From: an uncultured delta proteobacterium
Lineage (GTDB): Bacteria; Desulfobacterota; Desulfobacteria; Desulfobacterales; JAFDCJ01
Length of the DNA: 64,000 nt
Assembly: GCA_963769935.1 (NCBI GenBank)
Contig: CAVYNY010000022.1
Span: 1 to 64,000, forward strand
Direction: 5' to 3'
Below the pieces are notes generated by a model, which saw nothing but the letters and a program-made list of their open reading frames with translations, searched no databases and was not told the origin of the DNA. The position numbers and the translations under genes are program-made. Below are positions 1 through 11,237 of the stretch, in pieces; the first letter of the stretch is position 1, and each line of letters starts with the position of its first letter.

Positions 1-3000
1 ACGGTCGACGTGACCGATCGCATCTACGAGGGCGCCACCCAGAGCACCCTGATCGACACGGCGAGCTCCGGGTCGATCGATGTCCCGGCGTTCTCTGACG
101 AGGTGCTGGTGCTGACCCACACGACCGTCTACAACGGCAGTGCCACGACCTTCAACGACGTGGCGAGCGCCACCTACACCGACAAGATCACCGGCATTGC
201 CGTTCCCGGCCAGACGTCGGCATCGGCCTCCGCCACCACCGTTGCGGCGGCCGGCGACCCTGCCAACAGCATGGTCACGATCAGCGACACCGAATCGATC
301 AGCGGTGACCACCTGAGCTTCTCGGTGGCTGCCCCGTCGGTGGGCTCGTTCAGCGGCTACACCGCCGGAACGCAGACCACCGGTCCGGTCGAATGGAGTT
401 ACGGCCCGGTTGGCAGCAGCGGCTCGGTGACCTTCACCAAGACCGTCTCGCTGGACGAGCCGGCGATCACCGCGGGTCGCTCTCCGACACCGCGACGATC
501 ACCGGTGACGGCGACGGGGTCCTCGACGGCGACAGCCTGTCGGTGCCGATCACCAGCTCCGCATCGGTCAGCCTGACCATCAACAAGACGATCCCCGCCG
601 GCGCGCTGCGCAGCGGCGAGTCGGTGACGTTCGACTTCGACGTCACGGGCCCGCACGGCTACAGCGACACGGCCTCGATCACCTTCACCTATGGCGGCTC
701 GACCTCCGGGTCGGCCACCCTCACCGGCCTGGAGCCCGGAACCTACACCGTGTCCGAGCAGCCGAGGCGAACTGGGCGGCGCAGCCCGACCAGCAGACCG
801 ACATCGAGCTGCCCGACTGCTCGGGGAGCGTGAACTTCACGAACTCCGAGCTGGCGCCCGACCTGTCGGTGAGCAAGACGGCCGATGACGCCGTCGTCAA
901 CGCGGGCGACCAGATCGGCTTCGTGGTCGACGTCGCCAACAGCGGTGACCCGGGACCGGCACGGCCAAGGATGTCGCGCTGAACGACCCGCTGCCGCAGG
1001 GCGACGGGATCGACTGGTCGATCGACGACGTGAGCGGGTCCGGCGGCTTCACGCCGGCGCTAGGTGACTGCGCGATCACGGGCAGCCCGTCCACCGGCGA
1101 GACGCTGGCGTGCTCCTTCGGCGACCTGCTGCCCGGCCAGGGCGTCTCGGTCCACGTCGTCAGCGACACCGACGGCTCGAGCTGTGGTGACTACCTCAAC
1201 GTGGCCACCCTGAGCGCCAGCAACCATGGCTCGCTGGAGGCCCAGGACTCGGTCACCGTCAAGTGCCCCGACATCGCGGTCGACAAGACCGGTCGGGCAC
1301 GGTCAACGCCACCGACGCGATCTACTACGAGATCACCGTCAGCAATGACGGCAGCGGTGACGCCTAGGACTTCGACCTTCAGCGACACGCTGCCCGACGT
1401 CGCCAACGGCTGGAGCCTGGCCGGCCCCGGCCTTCTGCGACCTGAACGGGGTGGCGCTGACCTGCGCTACGGACGAGCTTCGCCGCGGGTGACGAGCTTC
1501 ACCATCCGGGTGGAGACCGACGGAGCCCGCCGACTGCGGCGAGCTGCTAAACCTGGCCTCGGCATCGGCCTCCAACGAGGCCGACGAGGACCTGGGCAAC
1601 AACTCGGACGACCACACCATCGTGGTCGAGTGCCCGGACCTGTCTGCCTACCAAGGTGGCCGATGCGGACGTCGTGTCGGCCGGCCAGGCAGATCGGCTT
1701 CACGATGTCCGTCATCGAACACCGATGACGCGGGACCGGCACCGCCTACGACGTCGGGCTGAACGACCCGCTGCCCGCAGGCAGCGGCCTCGACTGGTGG
1801 ATCGATCCCGCGAACGGCGGACTGCGACATCAGCGGATCACCGGTCGGTTGGCTCGGAGTCCTGGAGTGCGACTTCGGCGACCTGGCCGCCGGTGACTCG
1901 GCCAGCGTCCACGTGGTCAGCGATACGGCCAAGGCCGACTGCGCCACCTACCCGAACACGGCGGCGTCACCGCGGACAACCATCCGGAGCTCAACCCGAG
2001 CGACGACGTCGACCGTCGAGTGCCCGGGCCTGAACATCAGCAAGCTCGCCGACAACGGCACCATCGACGCCGGTGAGCTGGCCAGCTACACGATCGTGGT
2101 CTGGAACGCCGGACCCGGCACGGCGCTGGATGCACTGGTCGGACGAGCTTCCCGCCGGCGTCAACTGGGGCGTGCCAGCTCCTCAACCCCGACGGCGACG
2201 ATGCCTGCACCAGCAGCCATCGACTCCGAGGGCAACCAGTCGGCCTCGTGCAGCTTCGGCGACCTGGCGCCGACCTCGACAAGGCGGATGGCAAGCAGAT
2301 CGTCGTCTCCGGGCAGACCGACCGCGCCGACTGCGGCGAGCCTGGACAACACGGCGTTCGCGATCGCCAGCAACGCCGACGAGGTCCAGGCATCGGCCTC
2401 GATCACGGTGCAAGTGCCCGACCGTCGCGATCGAGAAGGTCAACGACCAGCCCGATCCGGTCCTGCCGGGAACGGTGGTGTCCTACACCCTGACTGTCAC
2501 CGTCAGTGACGGACCGGCCAACGAGTGTCTTCGTCAGCGACGTGCTGCCGCGATGGGGCTCGATGCGCCGACCGCGATCAGCGACGGCGGCACGTACGAC
2601 GCGCGGTACACGGATGCTGACCTGGAACCTGGGCGACCTGGCCGACGGCAGCTACGAGCTGACCTACCAGGCCGCGGTCAGCGCGGACGTCGCGCAGGGC
2701 GACGAGCTGGTCAACGTGGCGGTCGGTCGATCAGCCCGAACAGCCAGTGCCCCGACTGCGGAGGACGTGGCGGACGAGTGCGCCGATGACTCGACCGTCA
2801 CGCCCGCGTGCCGGAGCTGGTGATCGACAAGGCGGCGGCCACCGACGAGGTGCACTTCGTCTTCGATGCGGAGGGCAACGTCATCTCGGTCGACCCGGAG
2901 CAGGTGACCTGGACGCTGGACTACACCCTGAGCAACGGACCGGTCACCAACGCGGTGATCACCGACCCGCTGCCCGACTTCCTGATCTTCTGTCGCGCCT

Positions 3001-3376
3001 CGGACGGCGGCGCCTACGACGACGCCACCGGACCATCACCTGGGAGCTGGGGACGCTCAGCGCGAGCGGCAGCGTCACGCTTCGTGACGACCGTGGATCC
3101 GGATGCCCCGGAGGCCGAGCCCATCGTCAACGTGGCCACCATCGACTCCGACGAGACGGCACCCGACGATGGTCAGGACTCGATCATCGTCACGTCCGAG
3201 AGCGAGCTGGGCGGCACCGCGACGCCGGCGCCGATCGGTGCCCGACACCGCCCTGGTCTTCGGGACCCGACGGGCAGCCCGTCTCGATCCCGATCGAGTT
3301 CCTGGTCTTCTTCTTCATCGGCTCGCTCGGCGTGCTGGCATTCGCCAACGTGCGGGCGGTCCGACGGCGGCGCTAG
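1..3376 (+). CDS. Large secreted/cell-surface repeat protein (DUF11-like repeats), 5'-partial, many frameshifts, C-terminal VPDTA + TM + basic tail
   Basis: Repeating units (DLSVSK.AD..V.AG.QIGF.V.V.N.G.GTA..V.L.DPLP; CSFGDL..G..V.VHVVS) scattered across all three + frames. Ends VPDTA...IPIEFLVFFFIGSLGVLAFANVRAVRRRR, TAG 3374-3376. Confidence 0.75.
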
Positions 3377-3443
3377 ATCCGGCAGAGCCGATGGGCCGGC
3401 GCAACCGCCAGTCCATCGGCCAATCATCCAGCCCCCCTGGCAG

Positions 3444-3475
3444 GGACGGGGTAGAGGTTCGCCTCTACCCCGTCC
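3444..3475. terminator. Perfect hairpin between convergent genes
   Basis: GGACGGGGTAGAGG-TTCG-CCTCTACCCCGTCC: 14-bp stem, UUCG loop. Confidence 0.7.
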
Positions 3476-3620
3476 TCTGATGTCCGGGGATCGGCAGCCA
3501 GCGTCCCACGCAGCGGCATGGTCTGCTGCGGGATGCGCATGGCCCGGCGCACGCGGCGGGTTCGTCGGCTACCGGGCAGCGACGGGGCGGAGCTGCGCGA
3601 CTCGAGAGTGGACCGGCGGA

Positions 3621-4223
3621 CTAGGGGGCCGGCTGCCCGGCCTGCGTCCCGTTCTCCTCGACCGGATTCGCCGGGTGGGCTGGCTCGGCCGGATGGGTCG
3701 GCTGTGCCGGATGCGTGGGCTGTGCCGGATGCGGGGGCTGTGCCGGATGACTGCGCGCCGCGGCGGCCGCGTTCTTGGCGGTGGCCTGCAGGGCCTGCTC
3801 CAGGCCCGGGCGGCGCGGATCCGGTTTCGGAGAATTCACGATTTTCGCATCCCGGCCAGCCTGCAGTTCCCGGTAGTCAGAGACCACGACGATCTCTGCA
3901 GCTTTCCCTGTTGGATTTGCACCCCCTAGCATACTTTCCAGAGTACGCTTTTGAGTCACCAGCCGTGAACTCGTACGGGCACGAAGTCCCGACGGCAGGG
4001 CCGTACCCTTCCTAACCGCCTTGGCAGCTTGAGCGGCCTCTCTCGTTCCCGCTGTTGCAAGTGCCTCCGTCTGCCGCAGCGCTTCCGCGAAGACGCGCCC
4101 CTGCTGAAGCACTCTGGGGTCGGTGATGTCGCGAATCTGGATTTCACCTGGGCTTACAATGCCGACCGTCACGTGTGCGAGCGGCGCCACTGATTTAGCG
4201 GGTCTTTTGGTTTCGTCACTCAT
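3621..4223 (-). CDS. Hypothetical protein; probably a chimeric join of two genes at ~3820
   Basis: ATG 4223 with AGGAAGAGG upstream. Codon GC content shifts abruptly near 3815-3830. C-terminus is HPAQP repeats. Confidence 0.5.
   Translation of the reverse strand: MSDETKRPAKSVAPLAHVTVGIVSPGEIQIRDITDPRVLQQGRVFAEALRQTEALATAGTREAAQAAKAVRKGTALPSGLRARTSSRLVTQKRTLESMLGGANPTGKAAEIVVVSDYRELQAGRDAKIVNSPKPDPRRPGLEQALQATAKNAAAAARSHPAQPPHPAQPTHPAQPTHPAEPAHPANPVEENGTQAGQPAP
3664..3749. repeat. 18-bp tandem repeat, ~5 copies, encoding HPA(Q/E/N)Px
   Basis: GGCTGTGCCGGATG-core units at 3700, 3718, 3736; degenerate copies at 3664 and 3682. Confidence 0.85.
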
Positions 4224-4722
4224 CGCTATGCCTCTTCCTGACGGATCGCCAATCCTTAGGTCCGGAGCATAAACAAGCTCATTCGCATTGTCCAATTTCC
4301 AGCCCTTAAGCGCTGGTGCGGTTCCTCTCAAGTTGCTAGGTCGGAACTGTGGCCATTCCCTCGGCTCTCCATTTGCGGGTCTCTCCGACTGCTTTTCCGT
4401 AGTGAATCGAAGTTTCCGTTTCCGCCTGTCCGAGGTACAAATGCATGAATTTGAACAGCTTTGCCGGAATGAACAAACAGCGAACTAGAGCATGTTCGAC
4501 ACAGAATTGTGGGCAGATTTTCGTCCAAAACTGCCCTCTATTGCTGATAGCATCTTCGCTAAGTCGATTTGTGGCAGGAGCTTCGATATGAGCCATGGAG
4601 CCGGAATTGTTTGGGCTCAGATTTTCTGTTGGCCATTCCCGTGATCGTGCTAAAGTCTTACCTCCAAATAGGTTGCCGAACAACCACTGATTTAGACATA
4701 GCAAGAACTCGCTGGAGCCTCC

Positions 4723-6663
4723 ATGCCCCCTACAACAGCCACCGAATCTCCTTCCATCCCCCAAATCGGCATGCTCGCCACAGTTCGCAATCGTCGCGGA
4801 CTCGTCACCTCGGTGGACGCCTTCGACGGCGGTGCGGAAGGCCGGGTCCACCTCATCTCCATCGAGTATCTCGACCCGGATGGCTCCCTGGAAGACCAGC
4901 TAATCTGGGAACGCGAACCAGAAGCGCGTCTGCTGCAACCTTCGGCCCTCCCCGAAGTCAGCCGCCAGGCCCCAATGGATCCAACGCACTTCGATGCCCT
5001 CGTCCGGGCTACAAGATGGTCCGCGATGAGCCCGTACATCGACCCCGATGGCAGCGGTCCGCTGGATCGCCTTCCTCTCTCCTCGCCCGTCCACGGTGCG
5101 ATCCAGGTTGAAGATTTCCAGCTGGTTCCCCTCTGGAAAGCAATGCGTATGCCCCGCGTAGCTCTCCTGCTCGCCGACGACGTCGGGTTAGGAAAGACGA
5201 TCGAGGCAGGCCTCATTCTCACGGAATTACTCCTCCGCCGACGCGTGCGGCGCGTTCTGATCGTCTGCCCAGCCTCGCTACGCACACAGTGGAAACAGGA
5301 GATGCATGACAAGTTCTCGCTCCACTTTGACATCGTGGATCGAAGTGCGACTCACGATCTCCAGAAACGGCTTGGACTGGATGCCAACCCGTGGCGGACA
5401 TTTCACCGTGTCATCACCTCCTACGACTACCTGAAGCAGGCCGATATCTTCGAGCAATTCCGCTCCGCGACGACACCCACGGAGACGGCGGGCTCGCCAC
5501 ACCTCCCCTGGGACCTTCTCATCGTCGATGAGGCCCACAACCTGAGCCCCTCCAGCTTCGGTGACGACAGTGATGTGGCGCGACTCCTCCAGTGGCTGTC
5601 CCCGATGTTCGAGCACCGCCTCTTTCTGACAGCTACCCCCCACAATGGTCACACTCGGAGCTTCACTGGATTACTCGAGAGCCTCGACCCGGTGCGCTTC
5701 ACACGGAAATCGGACGCGCTTACTAACGACGAGAAGGAACGCATTAAGCAGGTCGTCATCCGTCGGCTCAAGAGCGAGATCAACGCACTAACTGACCCAC
5801 CACGCTTCGCAGACAGATTCCTCGAGGCAGTCCCCATCACTCTCAGCCCCGCTGAAGCTGAACTCGCTGTCGCCTTCGATGCCTTCAAGAAGAAGGTCAA
5901 ATCCATCGTACGATCCTTAAAAAGTCGCAGCGAAGAGATCGCAGGCACTTTCGCGGTCGAGGTCCTCGGCAAGCGACTGCTTTCTTGCCCATCCGCCTTC
6001 GCAAACTCCTGGCATCGCTACAAACGAGGCATCGCTGCCGAAGAAGAAGCTGCAGTTCAGGAAGTGAGATCGGCAGAGCGAGCTGTCCGTGAGGAAACAG
6101 CTGATGATCGTGAGGCGGAAAGCCGAACGGGACATGCCGCCGAAACAGTTGGCGCTTGGCTCAAGCCTCTCGCGAATCAACTCCAAGATGAAATGGCAGC
6201 ACTCGATGCTGCTCTCGAAGGGCTTGGTCTGGGTACGACACCTGATAGTGACGAACCGCTCCTCCCGAACACCGATGTACGCTTCGACGCCCTTTTGAAG
6301 CTCATCGATAAGAAACTCCTAGAAAGGGGCAAGTTCCGCGACGATGAGAGGCTCGTCATCTTCACGGAATACAAGACGACACTGGATTACCTCGAACTCC
6401 GGCTAAGAAAGAAGTTCCCCGAGGACGGGGTCATTCGCACCCTATTTGGCGAACGTTCCGGAACCGGCGGGCGATCCAGGCGTGATGACACGATCGCAGC
6501 GTTCAACGACCCTGAAGATCCGGTGAGAATCCTGATCTCTACAGACGCGGCGTCCGAAGGACTCAACCTCCAAGAGAGTGCTCGCTACCTTCACCACTAC
6601 GACGTTCCCTGGAATCCCTCGCGTCTTGAGCAACGAAATGGCCGCCTTGACCGCCACGGACAG
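4723..6663 (+). CDS. drmD: SNF2-like helicase, DISARM DrmD-like, truncated after motif VI
   Basis: LLLADDVGLGKTIEAG, IVDEAH, LTATPHNG, STDAASEGLNLQ, PWNPSRLEQRNGRLDRHGQ; N-terminal 'VRNRR...LIWEREP' region resembles DrmD. Confidence 0.7.
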
Positions 6664-7263
6664 GCTATCAAGGAAATGGGCGGCAAGGGCAGCATCCTGC
6701 ACGTCTGCTCCCGCTTGGTCGACCCGAATACCGTTTTACGTATCGCCGCTATTGACAAGGCCATTGCAGAGGCTGGACCAGACGTTAAATTGTTTATGCA
6801 TCTGCCCGATACCGACAGCCAGGAAACCGGCGATCAGAAGATCAATGGCCTGCTGGCCGCCAAGGCTGCCGAAATTGACGGGATTATCTCGACCGGTTAT
6901 GTTTCTTCCGTCGTTGCGGCGCGATCGCTGCGCAATATCGGGGACAAACGGATCAAGATGATCGGCATCGACGATGACCCCATCGTCCTCCAGGCGATCA
7001 AGGACGGCTACCTGCAGGGCACCATGGCTCAGAACCCCTATGGCCAGGGCTATATTGCTTCCTTCGTCCTGAAACGGCTCCACGAAGGCTGCAAGATCAA
7101 AGCCAATGCGCCGTTCCAGGAAACGGCCCAAAACAAAACCTTCATCGATTCCGGTACGCTGCTCATCAACGCCGATAACATCGATACGTACAAGGACGAA
7201 TTGAAGAAAATTGCCAAAGATATCATCGGTTCGTTCGAAGCCAAATATCTGACCTGTGAATAA
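6664..7263 (+). CDS. Sugar ABC transporter substrate-binding protein, C-terminal part only
   Basis: IKEMGGKGSILH...KMIGIDDDPIVLQAIKDG...GTMAQNPYGQGY...FIDSGTLLI, periplasmic binding protein type 1; lies directly upstream of the permeases. Confidence 0.85.
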   Translation, partial: AIKEMGGKGSILHVCSRLVDPNTVLRIAAIDKAIAEAGPDVKLFMHLPDTDSQETGDQKINGLLAAKAAEIDGIISTGYVSSVVAARSLRNIGDKRIKMIGIDDDPIVLQAIKDGYLQGTMAQNPYGQGYIASFVLKRLHEGCKIKANAPFQETAQNKTFIDSGTLLINADNIDTYKDELKKIAKDIIGSFEAKYLTCE

Positions 7264-7273
7264 CCCAACCGGA

Positions 7274-7495
7274 CGAGCCGGAATTGAAAATTGAAGATGC
7301 ACTATGAGTTGAAAATTTGCGGATGTCAGGAAGGTGAATCGCTAAATCCTGAAACCTGAACACTGACACCTGGAACCTCTAGGCTTCGCTGCCAGCCTTT
7401 TTTAAGATAGAATCTGCTCGAGCGGCCTAATAGAATATTAAATTGACGAAACCACCGACATCCACGAACCTCAATTTTCAATCTTCAATTTTCAC
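7274..7495. repeat. REP/MITE-like intergenic inverted-repeat element (AATTGAAAATTGAAGA family)
   Basis: GAGCCGGAATTGAAAATTGAAGAT...TTTGCGGATGTC with inverted TCTTCAATTTTCA near 7482; related copies at ~11067 and ~13225. Confidence 0.6.
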
Positions 7496-7500
7496 ATCTG

Positions 7501-8523
7501 ATGGTGCATCCTATGTCAGAAACAACTACTACCTCGAAACCCCAGGTATCCAAATTCCACTTCGCCGCATTCATCATTCGTGCCGCCAATGTGGCCGGCC
7601 TTGCGATCATCATTTTATTGCTCTCAACGATTATCGCAAGCCTGGCACCGGGTTTTCTATCGCCCTTCAACCTATTCGCCCTGACCCGCAATCTGGCTAT
7701 CGACACGGTAATCGGCTTTGCCATGATGGTCGTTCTGGCCTGTGGCCATTTTAACCTTGCGGTTGGTTCAATTGGTGTAAGTGCAATTATGGCCACCGGT
7801 TATTTGCTCGAGGGATTGGGCCTTCCGATTCCCGTTTCCATCGCGGGCGGCCTTGCGACCGGCGCTCTCATGGGATGGCTGAACGGAATGCTGGTTGTAA
7901 AAACGGGCATCCACAGTTTTGTCATCACCCTGGCCACCGCCAGCCTTTTTTTTGGATTGATGCTGATTCTCACCAAAGCCGAAGCCTTCCGCAATCTTCC
8001 CGCAGCATTCAACGTCCTTGGCAAGCAACGCTTCCTGGGTCCTTACTCTTCTATGCTTTTCGTAACCGGTTTCGTTGCCGCGGCGTTGCTCATCCTCTTC
8101 AAGTACTCCGTGATTGGACGGCAGATTCTGGCCAGTGGTGCGAACCCATTGGCGGCCGAAATGTCCGGTGCATCGGTAAAGCGAGCCATCGTCGTGGCCC
8201 ATACATTATCGGGTTTGCTCGCAAGTATTGCCGGGGTCATGGTCACGGCGCGCCTTGCCGCCGCACTGCCCTCGGTCGGTGCGGACTGGTTATTACCCTC
8301 GTTCCTGGCGCCGCTGTTAGGCGGCACACTCCTTATCGGCGGGTATGTATCGGTCATCGGCACCCTGCTGGGTGCGATCCTGGTAACGATCCTGCAAAAT
8401 GGCCTCGTCCTGCTTAAAGTCGGCAGTTTCTGGGTCCAATTTTACTTGGGTATAACGCTTTTAATCGCTGTCGGTCTTGACCGGTGGAGGAGCTATTATG
8501 CGCAACGCATAGGTTTAACATGA
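7501..8523 (+). CDS. Sugar ABC transporter permease (RbsC-like)
   Basis: Multi-TM; GHFNLAVG, FVITLAT, GRQILASGANPLAAEMSG. Confidence 0.92.
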   Translation: MVHPMSETTTTSKPQVSKFHFAAFIIRAANVAGLAIIILLLSTIIASLAPGFLSPFNLFALTRNLAIDTVIGFAMMVVLACGHFNLAVGSIGVSAIMATGYLLEGLGLPIPVSIAGGLATGALMGWLNGMLVVKTGIHSFVITLATASLFFGLMLILTKAEAFRNLPAAFNVLGKQRFLGPYSSMLFVTGFVAAALLILFKYSVIGRQILASGANPLAAEMSGASVKRAIVVAHTLSGLLASIAGVMVTARLAAALPSVGADWLLPSFLAPLLGGTLLIGGYVSVIGTLLGAILVTILQNGLVLLKVGSFWVQFYLGITLLIAVGLDRWRSYYAQRIGLT

Positions 8524-9515
8524 TGAAGAAATTTAACTATTCCAGCCTGTTGGCAAAGGCCGATTGGATGCCGATTCTCGGTGTCACGGTTTTATTCATA
8601 ATCATCCTGTCGCTGATTGCGCCGGCTTTCCTTACCCGCACGAATCTGTTTGTGATGCTGCGGATTCTGTCGGTGACCAGCATCGTCGCCATGGCCCAGA
8701 TGATCGTTATCGGGCTCGGCCAGATGAACCTGGCTGTTGGGGCCATTGGAGGGTTGGTAGCGATTCTATTCGGCGGCATGATGGAAGTCTATGGTGTTCC
8801 GGTCCCGGCGGCCGCGCTCATTGGTTTGCTGATCGGCGTTGCAGGCGGCTTCATCAATGGTGCCTTAATCGCTTATACCGGAATCAACGGATTTATCATT
8901 ACGCTGGCCACGATGTCGATTTATACCGGCCTCAATTACGGCATCACCGAATCGATCCCCTTTTACCACATGCCTGCACAACTGATCGCATGGTATGATA
9001 GTTATCTCGGTCCCATACCGAATATCGTGTTCATACCGCTGGTCACCGCGGCGTTGGTCGCATTATTTCTCTTTCGCCACCCCTGGGGCCGCTATATTCT
9101 GGCAGTCGGCGGTAATCCGGCCGCCGCTGAACTTTCCGGCATATCTGTGCGCAAGACCACCTTGGTTGCGCACACGGTTTCCGGCGCCCTTGCCGCCCTT
9201 GCCGGCGTCGTTTCCGTAGCCCGCCTTGGCACAGCCGAACCAACTATCGGCGCGGTGTGGCTGCTGCCATCCTTTGCCGCTCCGGTTATCGGTGGTGCCG
9301 TACTTGCGGGAGGTCATGTTTCCGTTGTCGGAACAATGATCGCCGTCGTTATGATTCTGCTGCTGGAAAATGGGCTGTTCATAGCACGCACCAACCCCTA
9401 TTATATGGATTTTTTCCTCGGACTTCTCATCCTGGCAGCAGTGGTTTTCAACCGGTGGCGAACTGTCCAAAGTGAAAAGAAAGAGGCCGCCATCGTGGTA
9501 GGAGAAACGGTATGA
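8520..9515 (+). CDS. Sugar ABC transporter permease (RbsC-like)
   Basis: GRYILAVGGNPAAAELSGI; ATGA overlap with the previous gene. Confidence 0.92.
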   Translation: MMKKFNYSSLLAKADWMPILGVTVLFIIILSLIAPAFLTRTNLFVMLRILSVTSIVAMAQMIVIGLGQMNLAVGAIGGLVAILFGGMMEVYGVPVPAAALIGLLIGVAGGFINGALIAYTGINGFIITLATMSIYTGLNYGITESIPFYHMPAQLIAWYDSYLGPIPNIVFIPLVTAALVALFLFRHPWGRYILAVGGNPAAAELSGISVRKTTLVAHTVSGALAALAGVVSVARLGTAEPTIGAVWLLPSFAAPVIGGAVLAGGHVSVVGTMIAVVMILLLENGLFIARTNPYYMDFFLGLLILAAVVFNRWRTVQSEKKEAAIVVGETV

Positions 9516-11065
9516 CAACCTCCGCTTTACAAGTAAAAAACGCAACCAAAAATTTCCCCGGCGTAAAAGCGCTCGATTCCGTCTCGCTCGACCTTCAGCC
9601 GGGTGAGATACATGCCCTGCTCGGCGAAAATGGTGCGGGCAAAAGCACCCTGATCAAGATCATTACCGGGGTCTACCGGCCTGAAGAGGGCGAAGTTCAA
9701 ATTGCCGGCAAGCGGGTCAATTTCGCCTCGCCGCAGCAGGCGCTGGCCGCCGGTATCGGTACCGTTCACCAGGAACGGAATCTAATTCCCTATTATTCAA
9801 TTGCTGAAAATATCATGCTGGATCGGCTGCCGACAAAATTCGGCCTCATCGACCGCAACTATATGCGGCAACAGGCTAAACATTGGCTGGGTGTTCTCGA
9901 CCTCCACATTGATCCTGACATCCCGGTGCGCAGACTATCTGTCGCCCAGATGCAACTGGTTGAAATCGCCCGGGCCCTTTCAATGCAAAGTCGCATCCTG
10001 TTGCTGGACGAACCGACCGCTTCGATTACCGGAACCGAGATCGCTATTTTATTCAACCTGCTGCGTCGGTTGAAAGATGAGGGCGTGGCCATCCTCTTCG
10101 TCAGCCATAAGCTGGAAGAAGTTTTCGAACTGTGCGACAAGGTGACCATCCTGCGTGACGGCCGAAATGCCTGTGAAGGCGTTTTGATTAAAGAACTCGA
10201 TAAGCAGAAGATTGTTGCTCACATGATTGGTCGCGATGAAGATGTCAGCGACATCGGCCAGCGCAAAGAAAAACTCGGTTCGACCAAACTGGAACTCATA
10301 GACGTTTCAACGGCACAGGGCCACCATCGCATCAACCTGCAGGTTAAAGAAGGTGAGGTGCTCGGTCTTTACGGGTTGGTCGGCGCCGGGCGGACCGAGC
10401 TGGCCAAGGCGATCATGGGCGCCGAACGAATAACCGGCGGTGAAATCCGGATTGACGGCAAGCCGGCCCGCATCAAGAGCGTGCAGGATGCCCTCCAACA
10501 CTGGCGTATCGGTTACGTGTCTGAAAACCGCAAAGAAGAGGGCCTGATCCTGCCCCATTCCGTTGCCAAGAATATTGGTATCACCATTTGGCATCGTCTT
10601 GGCAAGGTGCTGTCACTGTTCACCGACGCGATGGAACGCAGCGCGATTAAATCCTTTGCCGAAAAATTAAATGTTATCACGCCGTCATTGGATCAGAGCG
10701 TCGGCAACCTCTCCGGCGGCAACCAGCAAAAAGTCAGTGTCGCCAAATGGCTGGCAGCCCAGGTCGAGATCCTGATTATTGACGAGCCGACCGTCGGTAT
10801 CGACATCCGTACCAAGGGATATCTTCACCGCCTGATCTGGAATCTGGCCGAGCAGGGGGTCGCGGTCCTGTTGATCTCCAGCGATTTGCCCGAGATGGTT
10901 TTGCTGGCCGACCGGGTGGTGGTCATGAAGGACATGCGAATTGTCAGCGACCTGCCCAACAGCCGCCAATACGAAGCAATGAGCAGCCGGATTATGAATT
11001 GCATTCATAAGTCCGAATGTGGCCTAAATTTAGAAGACGGCCGTTTGGCGCCGCAAGGAGCCTGA
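9512..11065 (+). CDS. Sugar ABC transporter ATP-binding protein (RbsA-like, two domains)
   Basis: GENGAGKS, LLLDEPT, LSGGNQQK, IIDEPTVGID. Confidence 0.95.
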   Translation: MTTSALQVKNATKNFPGVKALDSVSLDLQPGEIHALLGENGAGKSTLIKIITGVYRPEEGEVQIAGKRVNFASPQQALAAGIGTVHQERNLIPYYSIAENIMLDRLPTKFGLIDRNYMRQQAKHWLGVLDLHIDPDIPVRRLSVAQMQLVEIARALSMQSRILLLDEPTASITGTEIAILFNLLRRLKDEGVAILFVSHKLEEVFELCDKVTILRDGRNACEGVLIKELDKQKIVAHMIGRDEDVSDIGQRKEKLGSTKLELIDVSTAQGHHRINLQVKEGEVLGLYGLVGAGRTELAKAIMGAERITGGEIRIDGKPARIKSVQDALQHWRIGYVSENRKEEGLILPHSVAKNIGITIWHRLGKVLSLFTDAMERSAIKSFAEKLNVITPSLDQSVGNLSGGNQQKVSVAKWLAAQVEILIIDEPTVGIDIRTKGYLHRLIWNLAEQGVAVLLISSDLPEMVLLADRVVVMKDMRIVSDLPNSRQYEAMSSRIMNCIHKSECGLNLEDGRLAPQGA

Positions 11066-11066
11066 G

Positions 11067-11140
11067 GAATTGAAAATTGAAGAATAGAAATTGAATATTT
11101 TGGATGTTGCTGCGCTCCGTTTTTTAAAATCGACAGAATA
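11067..11140. repeat. Intergenic repeat, same family as 7274
   Basis: GGAATTGAAAATTGAAGAATAGAAATTGAATATTTTGGATGT. Confidence 0.55.
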
Positions 11141-11237
11141 TCTCAACTTTAGGCATTTTTCTGCGAGCCGCTTCATATTTACATTAAAATATATTTTGCC
11201 GCAATATGGATCAAATAACGTTTAAAGGATAAAAATC

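Noticed and set aside
3664..3749. Possible CRISPR or iteron array
   Set aside because: Contiguous in-frame 18-bp coding repeat.
4723..7263. Novel sugar-sensing helicase fusion protein
   Set aside because: Both halves are truncated, they belong in different compartments, and sequence style shifts at the join; a chimera is the simpler explanation.
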